Below, in pieces: positions 1 through 11,169 of a DNA stretch of 64,000 bases. A program made the position numbers and the translations under genes. How positions within the stretch are numbered: the stretch's first letter is position 1; each line of letters begins with the position of its first letter. A model generated the notes under the pieces. It searched no databases and was not told where the DNA came from. It worked only from the letters and a program-made list of their open reading frames with translations. Location of the stretch: the NCBI RefSeq assembly GCF_038025025.1, contig NW_027117340.1:372001-436000 (forward strand), in the 5' to 3' direction. The DNA comes from Phyllosticta citribraziliensis (lineage: Eukaryota).

Positions 1-1609
1 CTTCATCCGTCATGCCAGTCTCGCTTCGAAGTGCCTCTCTTGCTCTGCCCCGTCTCGTCGCGGCGTCTCGGTTGAACGTGTCCTTTGAGAGAGAGTAGGC
101 GCGGAACAGTGCCTCTTCGTTCTTGTCGCGCAAATCGGCCGCTTCGTCGCCTGGAGCAGCTGAATCTACCGTGCCGCCGACGTCTTCCACGTCGTAAGTG
201 TCGTCACGCTCATCATCGTCCAAGTCAAACGTTGCCAGGGCAGACAAGATGGCGGCTTTGTTTGGTGCAGTCTTTTTGTCTGCCAGTATTTTATCTGCAG
301 TAAGATTCTCATTCTTGCGCCCAATATGCAATCGCGAAGCATCGACCGCGAGTTGATCCAGTTCGTCATTATCGTGTATGTTGCGTCTGTCAAAGACCGG
401 CGTCGAACGAGGCTCCAGAGTTGAATGGTGATGCTCGGTCTTGTCTTGGACTGTTGGTGGAAGTTGCGCAGTTCGGTCAGCAGCTTTGAGATGTGCCGGC
501 AGTGAGTCGTCGAGAAGATGCGCCGTGACTTGCTCGACGTCGTCTTTATACTCGCGCAGACATTGGATGATGAACGCAGAACCGAGGTCGGGAAACAAGT
601 CTTGAATCTGAGTGACGAGACTCATCTGGTGAACGCTGACGCCTCCAGCGCCATGTCCAAACACATCATCCGCTGCTCTTCCTTTGCCCTTTTCAGCCTT
701 GCGCCGCACGACTTGCTTCGGCCTTGCGAGACTCGACTGCCTGAATGAGGACAGAGACTCAACAAAGTTTTTGACTCTCACACCGTCATCGCCGCTTCCG
801 CTATCCCGGATGCGCGCTATCAGGGGAGTGTTGGTGACAAGGTCAGACAGGAGCGAAGGCTGTAGACTCGACTCTGCCACTGTCTCCGCGTTGCTTTTCA
901 GGCTGTACAGAGTATCAGACAGGAGAGAATAGCTCGGCCTCTCTCCTTTCGTCAAAGCAAGCAATGCCAGTGACGCAACAGTGACAATCTTTGGTCGGAG
1001 CTCGGGTGATGCTTTGGTGTAGCTTGCACACAGAGCGTCAAGGAAGTCAGTCCCAGCGATGAAAAACGTTGCGACCTCTGAAGACGTGTGCAGGAGCGGG
1101 ACGAGCTCTTTCAATGCGTCCTCTGCTGCTTCCGGGGTCGTTGATTCTAGCGTCTTTGTCAAAGAAGACTTTAGCTTTTGCAGATTTGACTCGATCTGGT
1201 CGCCATTCTTCTTCCAGATGGTGGAGAGCAGTTCTCTTAATCGCTCACTGCGCAGGAACACGTGGCTGAGGTTTGAAAGAAAAGTCCAGTGTAGTAGTTT
1301 TTGCGGAACCTGTTCTCCTGAAAGCAACCTATGTGACAGCAAGAAACAGGTCTTCTTCAGCTCGTGTGCTTTCTTGGCCTGAAATTGAGCGTCATTCCCC
1401 GGAGCTTTTGCCGCCTCTTGGAAATAAGAAGTCAAGAAAGTGATTAGAGGTCCCTCTTCTGCAGCTGCTTGGGCGAAGTCTTTTTGAGGGAGGCGCAGAT
1501 ATGCCACAGCGAGCGTCGACCATGCCTCCACGCAAGATTCCCATTCGGCTGGCGGGATACTGCGCCGGACGGTAGAAGGAGGAAAGGGCGCAAGAGGCGG
1601 AAGAGGCAT
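1..1609 (-). CDS. CUE-domain protein, ASCC2/Cue3(Rqt3)-like; 3' end runs off the window
   Basis: Uninterrupted minus-strand frame from ATG at 1609 (MPLPPLAPFPPSTVRRSIPPAEWESCVEAW...) to the window edge; missing from the ORF track because no stop is reached. Contains a CUE-like segment LVTQIQDLFPDLGSAFIIQCLREYKDDVEQVTAHLLDDSLP and an acidic DDDERDDTYD motif typical of ASCC2/Cue3. Confidence 0.85.
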   Translation of the reverse strand, partial: MPLPPLAPFPPSTVRRSIPPAEWESCVEAWSTLAVAYLRLPQKDFAQAAAEEGPLITFLTSYFQEAAKAPGNDAQFQAKKAHELKKTCFLLSHRLLSGEQVPQKLLHWTFLSNLSHVFLRSERLRELLSTIWKKNGDQIESNLQKLKSSLTKTLESTTPEAAEDALKELVPLLHTSSEVATFFIAGTDFLDALCASYTKASPELRPKIVTVASLALLALTKGERPSYSLLSDTLYSLKSNAETVAESSLQPSLLSDLVTNTPLIARIRDSGSGDDGVRVKNFVESLSSFRQSSLARPKQVVRRKAEKGKGRAADDVFGHGAGGVSVHQMSLVTQIQDLFPDLGSAFIIQCLREYKDDVEQVTAHLLDDSLPAHLKAADRTAQLPPTVQDKTEHHHSTLEPRSTPVFDRRNIHDNDELDQLAVDASRLHIGRKNENLTADKILADKKTAPNKAAILSALATFDLDDDERDDTYDVEDVGGTVDSAAPGDEAADLRDKNEEALFRAYSLSKDTFNRDAATRRGRAREALRSETGMTDE

Positions 1610-2084
1610 TCTTGTCAGAACCGAGACGAACCAGAGAAGCGAAGAGAAGAGGAGAGGGAGGGAAAGGGCAGAATAGCGGCTTGGAGGCGAAAACGATAGG
1701 AATCACATTCAGGGCCAGGCGCGAGTTGAGACTGGAGGTGGTCGTTTTGGGACACCGTCATCCAGCGATCCAATGTCAGCCGTTTGACGCGCTAACCTTA
1801 ACAGCACTAGCGCGCCAAGATTTCTTTCCGAACCACGCACAGTTGCCGAAAATGCGCCCGCAATTCCAAACTTCTCTTCTTCAGCACCGCGACAATCTGA
1901 GCAGCTGCCAGTCATCACGTTACCGAGAGGAACCCTCCGAGTCTTGACTGGAAATTTCACTTCATAACCGTACGTCAAAACCAGCATCCGCGCGCTTCAC
2001 CGAAGTCAGCCAGCAAGCCGCATCGCAGCGCTCGCTCTTCTTCTCTTCACTCGCTAACCACCAGCGCCTGCAGAATCGCCAAAA

Positions 2085-2497
2085 ATGTCTTACAACAAGG
2101 AGAAGGACTTTTCCGAGGGTCCCAAGATCCACAAGATCCGCATCACTCTGACCTCGCGCAAGGTCCAGTCGCTTGAGAAGGTCTGCCAGGAGCTCATCGA
2201 CCGCGCCAAGAACAAGGACCTGCGCATCAAGGGCCCCGTCCGCCTGCCCACCAAGAACCTCAAGGTCACCACCCGCAAGACGCCTTGCGGTGAGGGCTCC
2301 AAGACCTGGGACACGTACGAGATGCGCATCCACAAGCGCCTCATCGAGTAAGCACCGCCGCCGCCGTTTGTGAGACGTGGTTTGGAGACGATGAACTGAC
2401 ATGGGTTTGTAGCCTCAACGCCCCCACCGAGGTTGTCAAGCAGATCATCATCAACATCGAGGCCGGTGTTGAGGTTGAGGTCACCATCGCCGCTTAG
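2085..2497 (+). CDS. RPS20: 40S ribosomal protein S20 (uS10); exons 2085-2347, 2413-2497
   Basis: [11 protein letters not shown]...KGPVRLPTK...[25 protein letters not shown]; intron 2348-2412 (GTAAGC..CTGAC..TAG) restores the C-terminus [27 protein letters not shown]. Confidence 0.97.
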
Positions 2498-2710
2498 ATA
2501 TACCCACGGGCAGCGCGACGGAGAGACGCAGCAGCGGACAAAGACATTGGGCTCTTCATGTAGATTCTAATCCCATGAACCGTCCATTGGCGAACAGCGA
2601 GGTTGCAACGTGCGTTGTTGGTGTTTGAATGTGCCGTGCCGTCCAGCATGCATTCATACCACTCATCGCCCTTCAAGGTAAGCACACTTTTTTCTTTTCT
2701 TCTCCTGCAA

Positions 2711-2798
2711 TGGACACTCCCACAAGGATGAGCATTTTTACACTAGTTATCCCTGTCTGAAACACCCTGTTGAGAAACGTATTCACACTCTGAGTCCA
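2711..2798 (+). ncRNA. snR38: Box C/D snoRNA, snR38-like (predicted guide for 25S rRNA Gm2815, yeast numbering)
   Basis: Box C variant AGGATGA 2725-2731; guide CTAGTTATCCCTGT 2743-2756 complementary to the conserved LSU sequence ACAGGGAUAACUGG; D' CTGA 2757-2760; D CTGA 2790-2793; terminal stem TGGAC/GTCCA. The +5 rule selects the middle G of CAGGGA. It lies inside a putative intron 2678-2863 (GTAAGC..GCTGAC..AAG). Confidence 0.85.
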
Positions 2799-3844
2799 CC
2801 ATCAATTTGCAAAATTGCACAGCAAACAGAATTTGGAACATTCGCTGACTTGTTTGCAAAAAGGTCGAACGATAGACGTGCCCGGTTTCGCAGGTGATGC
2901 GCATACGTTCCAGCCCCACGACCCGCTTATCATGAATGAATTCGTGCCCATTGAAGTCATGCCGAAGTCAGAAAATTCACCGTGAATCTCCCACGCAGAG
3001 CCTCCAAATCCACTAGCGGAGACGTCTGAATCCAGGTAGGTAGCGTAGTGCGAACAACCCCAACCAACCAGATAGCAAACCAAACAAATAAAACAATTCC
3101 TCTTCTCCATGCCACCTCATCCCACGTCCAAACCTGAGTCCCGTAAATCTCCTCGCCGTGCGTCATGCCATCAGATATCCGTGTCCGCCATCACACAGCA
3201 TTTGCATCTCCTCACCAAACTTGCTACTGCCACATCTGTCTGTTTTTACCACACCACCCTTCTCTACTCGTTCCCCCACGTCCTCTCTCCCCCTCCCCTC
3301 CCTTCTCCCACGCAGCGAGACAACCAAGCTGCCGACTATAAGTCGCGGCAGTGGTGTGGTAGAGTACGACACCCCGCACTCTCGGCCCATCCGTCAATGG
3401 CACGAAAGCATGTATTTACATGTACGCAACACAAACTCTCGCTTGCAAACAACGCTCCTACTGGCGGGAGGAAGCTATGTATGTACAGTACAGGATCCAA
3501 AAGCGCAAACACGCGGGTGGGAAGGTGTGCCGTCATCTCTTGAGCATCTGCCCATTGCGTGAGGAACGGGGCTGAGGTGTCTTTTTGCTGATGGGGCTGG
3601 AGCTGTGAATGGCAGCGCCCAGACGCAACTGATGGCGGCAGCTCTTTTGGCGGTATGCGGTCGTGGACGCATGCTGTCTGGAGGAGCCATGATGCCCTCT
3701 CATCTTTCCGCAACTTGAGCAGTGGGTGCACACCATGCGCGCAATGGAAAGGAGGCGCGCGACGCGGCGGCAGGCAGAACGAGCACTCGACGAGGCGTGT
3801 CTATGTGAATTCGATAGCGGCAGCGAAAAGACCAGCCTCCCATC

Positions 3845-5155
3845 TCACTTGACCCTCAACTCCTCGCCAGACGCCAGGCGGAGTATACGCGTCGACGCCC
3901 TCTTCACCACACCATCAGCATTAACAGCAAGCCGCCTCCGCACCTCGTCCAGCCCGACCCTGCGCGTCCGCAGCAGACTGACGCTGACGCCACGATTCCG
4001 CTTCTCGCCGTCGTGCGCCGCGACCCACGCGCGCGCCATCAGCCGCCGCGCGATGTCCGCCCCGCCGCCCTCCGCCCCCGTCGAGATGTTGCCGCCCAGG
4101 AACCACGGGTTGTCGACCCGGTCGAAGCCGTGCAGCAGCAGCGTCAGGGGCAGCGCCGCGTGCCCGACCAGCTGCGCCGTCACGAACGGCTCCAGCGCCG
4201 CGTACGGCACGCCGTGCGGCGAGTAGAGGACGGACAGCGTCGGCTCGCGGTCGCGCGTGGGCGACGCGTCCGGGACGCCGGCGCCGGGCCCGGCGCTCGT
4301 GAGGGCGCTTGCGATGGAGCTGTGCGAGCGCGCGGAGCGGATCGTCGTTGGGTTGTCGCGAATTTGCTGCGGCGCCGATATGGGTTTGCTGGGCCGGTTG
4401 AGCTCGGAGAGCGTCTCCCGTGCGTCGCGGAGGCGCGCGGCGGCGATGGTCACGTCGATGGAGGCGGCGCGTGGTTTGGGAGAGGGTTTGGGGCCCGACG
4501 AGAGCGATGTGCTGGTGTTGGTGGACTGCGTTTGCAGGGAGCTGGTCTTGACGCTGGGGGAAGGTCGGGTGGGGAGGTTGATGAGAGTGTGGCGATTAGG
4601 GGTCAGGACGCTGGTTGGAGCGCGATAGGTGATGCCAATGGCTTTGTGGAGGCCGGTGATGTCGTTCTTTTGCGATATCAAACTGACGGTGACTTGGCCG
4701 GGAGAACCCAGTGGCGAGAACGAGGGCAGCTCAATGCGAAGAATGGTGGATTGGTCGGTTGCAGAGTAGAGTGGCAGAGACTGGACAACGTTTGGCTTGA
4801 AATGCTTCCATTTGCGTATTCTTGCGGCGGCCGCCGGCGCCGCGACAATGAGAGACTGCGTGTCTGGTGGGAGCTGTGTCAAGGTTTCTTTGTGGCAATG
4901 GTCCGGTTTATCTTGCGATACAATGACCAGGTCCGGCTCCGGCAGGTCAGCGAGGGAAGACACGCATGGCTGGGCTTGATGATGCGAGACTGAGAATGCA
5001 GAGGTCAGGATTTTGGCGGGACCCGTCAGCCATGGGTCTATCAGGACGGTAAAGGCGCCTGGGAACTGGGCGACGGATGGTGTGTCTGGAGCGATGGACG
5101 GAGCGAAGACGAGGAGAAACGAAGCGTCGCCGTTCAACGCCTTGACGACGAGCAT
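3845..5155 (-). CDS. Conserved fungal metallo-beta-lactamase-fold hypothetical protein
   Basis: Likely start MLVVKALNGDASFLLVF (ATG 5155) inside ORF 3845-5608; motifs VLIDPWL, DLVIVSQDKPDHCH, SVLYSPHG and WVAAHDGEK resemble MBL-fold motifs; intronless. Confidence 0.7.
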   Translation of the reverse strand: MLVVKALNGDASFLLVFAPSIAPDTPSVAQFPGAFTVLIDPWLTGPAKILTSAFSVSHHQAQPCVSSLADLPEPDLVIVSQDKPDHCHKETLTQLPPDTQSLIVAAPAAAARIRKWKHFKPNVVQSLPLYSATDQSTILRIELPSFSPLGSPGQVTVSLISQKNDITGLHKAIGITYRAPTSVLTPNRHTLINLPTRPSPSVKTSSLQTQSTNTSTSLSSGPKPSPKPRAASIDVTIAAARLRDARETLSELNRPSKPISAPQQIRDNPTTIRSARSHSSIASALTSAGPGAGVPDASPTRDREPTLSVLYSPHGVPYAALEPFVTAQLVGHAALPLTLLLHGFDRVDNPWFLGGNISTGAEGGGADIARRLMARAWVAAHDGEKRNRGVSVSLLRTRRVGLDEVRRRLAVNADGVVKRASTRILRLASGEELRVK

Positions 5156-6080
5156 GTTGCAAACAAGACAGTCATGGCGAGAGCAAATGGAGGCGTATTC
5201 ATGGAACGAGGGGAAGATGGCAACGAGACGGGCGGTGCGCGCGAGGCAGCATGTTGTCCTGGCGGAACATGTATCGATTGGAAGCGGTCGAGGTGGTGGA
5301 GAGGCTTGGGGGGGCAGGATTAAGCGAGGCCGACGGTGGTAAGCTTCTCGAAGGCGCGGAGAAGTGTGTCTATCTGACACTGGGGAGGAGAGCAGAGGGC
5401 CGACGACCTGGTCGACAAAGCCGACACGTTGAAGCAGCAGGGATTTGTCGCCGCCGGCCGGGGCGAGGTTGAGGTGCTTCTTGAAGAGGCGAGGGGAGGG
5501 ATTGAGGGTCCTGATGGCCGTCGAGAGGAGCAGAGGCGGGCAAATTGAAGCGCACAGACTGGAGGCATGGGCTGGTCGCCGGCGCCGTGGCTGGCTGACG
5601 TCGACCATTGTAGAAATGATGATTTACGGGACGAGATAGCCTTGGGCGCCGTCGTGGGCCGGGCTGTCCCTAGCCACGGCAAGCCATGTGGTGTTGGGGA
5701 AGAGAGACGTGACTGCACATGGCCGATGCACCATGCCGTGCTGCTGCTGGAGATGACTTTGCATGAGGATTGACGGACCTGACTTGGTGAGATGAATGGT
5801 TGGCGCCATAGCTCCAACAGCTCCCACAGCTCCCAGTGCCCGCGTCGAGCTGGAGCTCCGTCGGGAGCCACAAAGGGACGGAAGCTCTCCAGAGCTCCAG
5901 CGGAACGAATAGCGGCGACATGAGACGACCATCAGCAGCAGCCGAAGTGGCCATGGCCCAGAAGACATTTTTTTTTCTTCACAGCACTGGGGCCGGCCGG
6001 CCAATCACCGAGGCAGCATCAGTCAGAGCTTTGCAAAAAGAGGGAACCCTAGCTTCTGCACATCCCCGCATGTCTCTGCT

Positions 6081-6120
6081 CTCTGCTCTGCTCTGCTCTG
6101 CTGTGCTCTGCTCTGCTGTG
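6081..6120. repeat. (CTCTG/CTGTG)n pentanucleotide repeat between divergent genes
   Basis: ctctgctctgctctgctctgctgtgctctgctctgctgtg read directly. Confidence 0.8.
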
Positions 6121-6402
6121 AAAAGCCGGAGCCCCTCCTCGACAGCTCCCCCAACACGCTCCCACCAAGATACCTTGCCTACCGTACCGTACCTTGCCTT
6201 GCCTTGCCTACCTTGAGCTACAGCTCAGCTCCGCTCAGCTCAGCTTCACCCACTCGACACCTCTACATCTCTACCGACTGCTCCTCCACAGCTCCCTCGA
6301 CGCCCATTGATTCCCGCCCTCGTCCGCTCGACCGCTCCTCTTGTCCACTCCACTCCACTCCCTCCACTCCTGCGCCCGCTCCTCCTGGGTGCATGTCCTG
6401 CC

Positions 6403-8036
6403 ATGCCGCCCCCTCGCAACCTCACAAACTCCTTCTCCGTCTCCGACAGCACCAATGAGGTCGTCTGTCCGTTGCGCAACCAAGATGGCTCCAGCTGCCG
6501 CAAGCGCTGCCTCGGTGTGAGTTCCGTCCAGGTCGCCCGCAACGTCATCGATTCAGCCTCAGTCCAGCCAAGAGCTTCAGTTGCCTCCAAGACACTCTGC
6601 TGACCCTCAATCAGGAGAAGCGCTATCGCTCCATGCAGGAGCACATTCGCCGCGCCCATCCCGAGCATTACATCCCGAAGCTGCCCGCCACCGAGGAGAG
6701 CTTCGCCCTGATGGTCAACACCCCGCCCCACGAGCGCCCTGCCCCTCCACCGACAAATGCTGCCCCTCCTCCTCAAATATCAGCTGGTGCGTTCGCGGCT
6801 CAGAACATGACTGCATGGGCATATGGTCTGACTCCCTCAGGCCATGTCGGCGATGCTGCCGTGTTCTTCCAAGACGACGGGACTCCGCGATCGTCGGACG
6901 AGATGCGCCGCGGCTCGCTGCTGCCCGCCGCCAGCGCCGCCGCAGCACTGGCACAGCTCCACAACCACAGACCAGACTATGAATGGGACTCTGAACAGGT
7001 ATGCCGTGTGCTCCGCGGACGCTGAGCTCAGCTGGCGGCTGCCAATCCAGCAGCGCATCACCATTCATTGCCATTTGCGCGCACTTGCGTTGCGACAAGG
7101 TGCTGGACAAAGCTAACCGTGACAACCCAGGATGTCTTGTCCGACCCAGAGTCCAAAAACAGGCACAAGGCGCGCTTCGCGGTGGATCCCCAGCTCATGG
7201 GAGAAGGTGAATATGCTTACGGGGGAAATACCTCGACGCCGCGCGAGTTGCTCCCCTCGTCGCTGGCACACTCTCCGCCGGGCCGCTCCTCTACCCTGCC
7301 CCCCATTCCGCGCTCCAACAAGTCGCGCCCTCGCAAGAATTCCGTGACCCTAAATGCTCGCCGCCCAAAGCACGAGAAGCACAGGTCCCGGGATTTGGCG
7401 CGGCGCATGAGCCACGACCGCAAGGCATTCTCGGTCGAACCGCCCAGCTCCACCACCAATGCCTATGGCAAGCGGTGGGAGGATCTCATTGATGCTGCCG
7501 CGTCGGCCACCGAGGAGGACAGTCGAGATTTGACGCCCGTAAGTTGCAGCGTTGCACCCACCTGGGCTCTAGACGTTTGAACTCACGCTGCACCGTAGAT
7601 CCCCGGGTCGCCCCACCACCACCACCTGAACCGTGCCTCGCTGCCGCCCTATGTGGCTTCCCAATTCCAATCCTACCACGCCTCACCACTACAGAACACG
7701 TTGACGCCGCCGCCGCCCGACCATTCGGGTCTTGAACCCTTTCCCTCGGTCGAGTCGTCCATCGAGTCGACCCAGTCGGGCCACAACTTTCACATTTCGT
7801 CTCAAGGCCTGTCCGACTCGTCTCCGACCTATGGTCAGTCGGTGCACATTTACTGCGCTGCATGTCGAAGGTTGTCGCTCCTGCGTGCAAGCTATGCCTG
7901 TACCGAGTGCATTTGTGGTTTGTGCCAGGACTGCGTCGACGTGCTCTCGAGCGAGCAAAATCGCAACCGTGCCCGCTGTCCCAAGTGCGGCACGATTGGC
8001 GGCAAATTCAAGCCCTTCCAACTAGACATTCGGTGA
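6403..8036 (+). CDS. Fungal zinc-finger protein, putative transcription regulator (possibly RfeD-like); exons ~6403-6516, 6615-6786, 6841-6998, 7131-7538, 7599-8036
   Basis: Spliced N-terminus VVCPLRNQDGSSCRKRCLGEKRYRSMQEHIRRAHP (C2H2-like) and C-terminal Cys cluster CAAC...CTECICGLCQDC...CPKC (RING/treble-clef-like); canonical introns 6517-6614, 6787-6840, 6999-7130, 7539-7598. The family name is from memory only. Confidence 0.75.
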
Positions 8037-8787
8037 TGCGTGCCCTGCGCGTAACCTCGTTGTAGGTGACCCATCTTGCGCTTCCGATCTTTCCTTCCTC
8101 TTCTTCCCAACTGCCCCTTTTAGACCTGGTGTTTTCGCTTCATTCCTTCCATCTCGTCGCCTTGAATATTCCCCCGACCAACTTTTCCTTACTTTTTTCT
8201 CGACTACGTGGCGCCTTGTCTTTTTTGTTTTGGGTATACCCTAGAGTCGGAAGCAGAGCGAGCAGGCAAGCATGCAAAGCACAAAGCAAAGCAAGCACGC
8301 ACTCCAAACGAGGGCTCCGATCTGCTTTTGCTGACGATACACACGAACTACTACAACATCATCACCTTTGCCGCCACCACCACTACCATCACTACTACCA
8401 CTGACGTTTTCGCGGCGAGACACTGAGAGAGGAAGAGGCTGCTATTCATGGCGACTCAAATGACTGGTCTCTCCCCCTGATTCCTTTCCTTCTACATCTT
8501 TCCCTTTGGTGGTCTTTTTGGTTGGTACCGAGAGGCACACTGCAAGCATTTTGTCCCCTTGGACACACCCCCGACCTACACGCATAGACTGGATTTGGAT
8601 CTCTGTTTTTTTGTTTCGTTTTCGTCGTTCCGTCGTTCCGTCTTTTGCGCAAAGTTGGAGTGAATGGCGTTAGTCGTGTTTTTTTTTTGGAGTTTGGGTT
8701 GGGTTTGGTTGCAGTGCGATTTGAATTGAAATTTCCCCCTCACCCCCGCTTTCCTCCTCCTCCTTCTTTCTGGGAGAGCAGGGCAGA

Positions 8788-8811
8788 GGATGGATGGATG
8801 GATGGATGGAT
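8788..8811. repeat. (GGAT)6 microsatellite
   Basis: Direct reading, in the region between convergent genes. Confidence 0.9.
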
Positions 8812-9145
8812 TTGAATATACATATGTAGGGCCGGGGCAGAGAAATAGTACTGGCTACATACCTGTAGATTGTGCGCTTGTATGTATGCACGCACGCACG
8901 CACGCAGCTGGAAGGAAACAACAATAACCACTGATGCAACATGTCTGACTGACTGACTGCCCTTGCTTCATTGTGCGCTATGTCGATGTGATTTGATTTG
9001 CGGGTCAATTGGGAATTCTCGGGTGTACATATACGTGTGTGAAGCGGATCTACTCGCTGAGTATTTATTTACCTATTTGACGTGGACGGTGGTGGGGTTT
9101 TGCGTGGTGGCAGGCGAGGCAGCTCACGTCGTTTTATTTGTATAC

Positions 9146-9171
9146 ATATATATATATATATATATATATAT
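9146..9171. repeat. (AT)13 microsatellite
   Basis: Direct reading. Confidence 0.9.
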
Positions 9172-9514
9172 CTGTCGAGTAAACGAGCAAGCAAACAATC
9201 CGTTTTCTGTCTATCTGTCAGGAGTCGGTGAGCTAGGTAAGGTAGGCAGCTCTGTACATGTGGGACGCGGCCAGCGTTTGTGGGCTACCTATCCGGGACG
9301 GCGCGAGCGTGCGGGGCGGGCATGCGGGGCAAGAGGTGTGGAAAATAAGTGTGGAAGTCCGGTAGGATGGATGGATGGATGGATGTATGTATGTATACGC
9401 GTGTGCCAATGACTTGTTATTACACGCAGTCCAAGATACCGCGTCTCCTCTCTCTCTCTTTCTCTCCCTCCTTATGTGGTCTACTTATTACATCCCGCCC
9501 CCTCTCGCTCTCCG

Positions 9515-10853
9515 CTACCCAGTCTTCTCATTCAATTCCGCCTCGCCCTCACCTTCGCCCTCGCCATTCTCAAACAGCGCCTTTTCCTCTTCGACTGACG
9601 GCGGACTCCCCGGTTTGCTCCCCGCCGCGTCCTTTGGCGGCGGCCCCGACGGTGGTCCGCCCGAGCCTGCTCGAGGCGGTGGACCAGCTTTCGGCGGCGG
9701 CGGTCTGCTGCCGCTGCCGCTGCCCGACCCGTAGTCCAGCTCGCGGCTCTTGGCTTCGCCTTCGGCGAAGTACTCGTCGATGCCGCCGGCGCCGCCGCGT
9801 GAGCTGGCTGCGTGGTGGTGGCGGGCTTTGGAGCGGCGGGCGGGCGGAGGAGCGGTGGAGGAGGAGGATGAGGGAGGAGGCGGTGGTGCTAGTGTTGCTC
9901 CTGGGGGCGGCGTGTTGGTGTTGGAGGCGGAGTGCGGAGCGGGCGAGGCGCGTAATGAGCTGGCGGGCATGGCGTCTGCGGGGACGAAGAAGGACGACGG
10001 CGTCAGCGGGGCGGGCTCGAAGCCATTCTGCGCCGCTGCTGGTGCGGTGCCCGCCGTGGTGTACTGCGTAGGCGCCACGGTGTGATCGGAACCGTCAAAG
10101 AGGGTTTCGCCAGGGCCGGCCGGCGGCTCCTCGAGCGGCGCCGGCAGCCGGTGCAGCGCGCCGAAGCCCAGCACGCAGCCCAACAGGCCCTGGCCGCCCC
10201 AGCTGCGGCTCGGCGTGATGGTGACGGGCCGCGTCACGTTGTACTCGTGGTTGTAGACGAAGAGGCGCAGCGGGCGGTTGGCGTAGTCCTCGACCAGCTC
10301 GCCCAGCCCGCTCTCGCCCTTTACCAGGCCCTCTGGGCTGCCGATGATGTAGTCGCCATACGGTAGCAGGCCGGCCACGTCGGCCGGCGAGTTGGGGGAT
10401 ACGTCGAGGATGTGCCACACGTCGTCGGTGCTGGATAGTGGCGTCCATTGCAGCGAGAGCCCGAGCGTCGGGTTGTCGGCCGGGATGGGCACGTATAGCT
10501 CGCGGATGCGCTGCCCTTTGGCGCTCCATATCCCCAGGCTGATGGTGGTGCCCGCGCTGTTGCGGACTTCTTTGGCGAAGAGCGTTGGGTCCGGATTGTC
10601 CTGGAGAAGCACGCGGGTTAGCAAGGTGCCTAGGTACAGTCTTGTTGGGATCGTGGAGGGGGAGCAGCATTACAACTGTGCGCCCGTTGATTCCAATGAT
10701 GAAGTCGAACCACGGCTCCAGTGACAGCGTGTCGTTGGTGTTGCGCAGGATCTGGAATCCCCATGCCCCGTTGTCGCCGCCGTTGTTGCGCTCTCCTTGC
10801 GGTTCGGCGTCGAGCCGCGCAATGAAGCGGTTGAGGGCGCCAAACATGCTCAT
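9515..10853 (-). CDS. GRH1: GRASP55/65-family Golgi reassembly stacking protein; intron 10601-10673
   Basis: MFGALNRFIARLD N-terminus, GFQILRN...LEPWFDFIIGING, VWHILDVSPNSPADVAGLLPYGDYIIG, WGGQGLLGCVLGFGALHRLP (tandem PDZ GRASP domain), then a Pro/Ser-rich tail. Start is 10853 or 10847. Confidence 0.92.
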
Positions 10854-11169
10854 TTTCGCTGATTTTCCGCCTGCTGTCCTTTTTCGTCTGGGGTCCGGTG
10901 GTGCTGAGAGCGAGCGTGGGGAAAGTGTGGGTTGGGGTTTGTGGAGCTGTTGTCGACGTCGTGTTCTGTGTTTTGGACCCCTGTTCGGTTGGTGGTCATA
11001 GCTTCCATCCCGCTTGCATCCCGGCGGCGTTCTTTTCCTCACACCTCGCTGTCCGGTCTGCTCCACATCACTAACCCATCTCCAGTGTCTTCGGTCCTCA
11101 TTGTGCCCCACATTTTCGAGATCGCTGGAGATCGGGGCTTGAGCTCGCTTTACGCATCTGTCAAAAGTA

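Noticed and set aside
2890..3030. Second C/D snoRNA downstream of the snR38-like RNA
   Set aside because: Only degenerate C-like boxes, and I recognise no rRNA complement before the CTGA at ~3026.
5156..5608. N-terminal extension of the MBL-fold ORF
   Set aside because: Low-complexity leader-like sequence; the fold-like sequence begins at the ATG at 5155.
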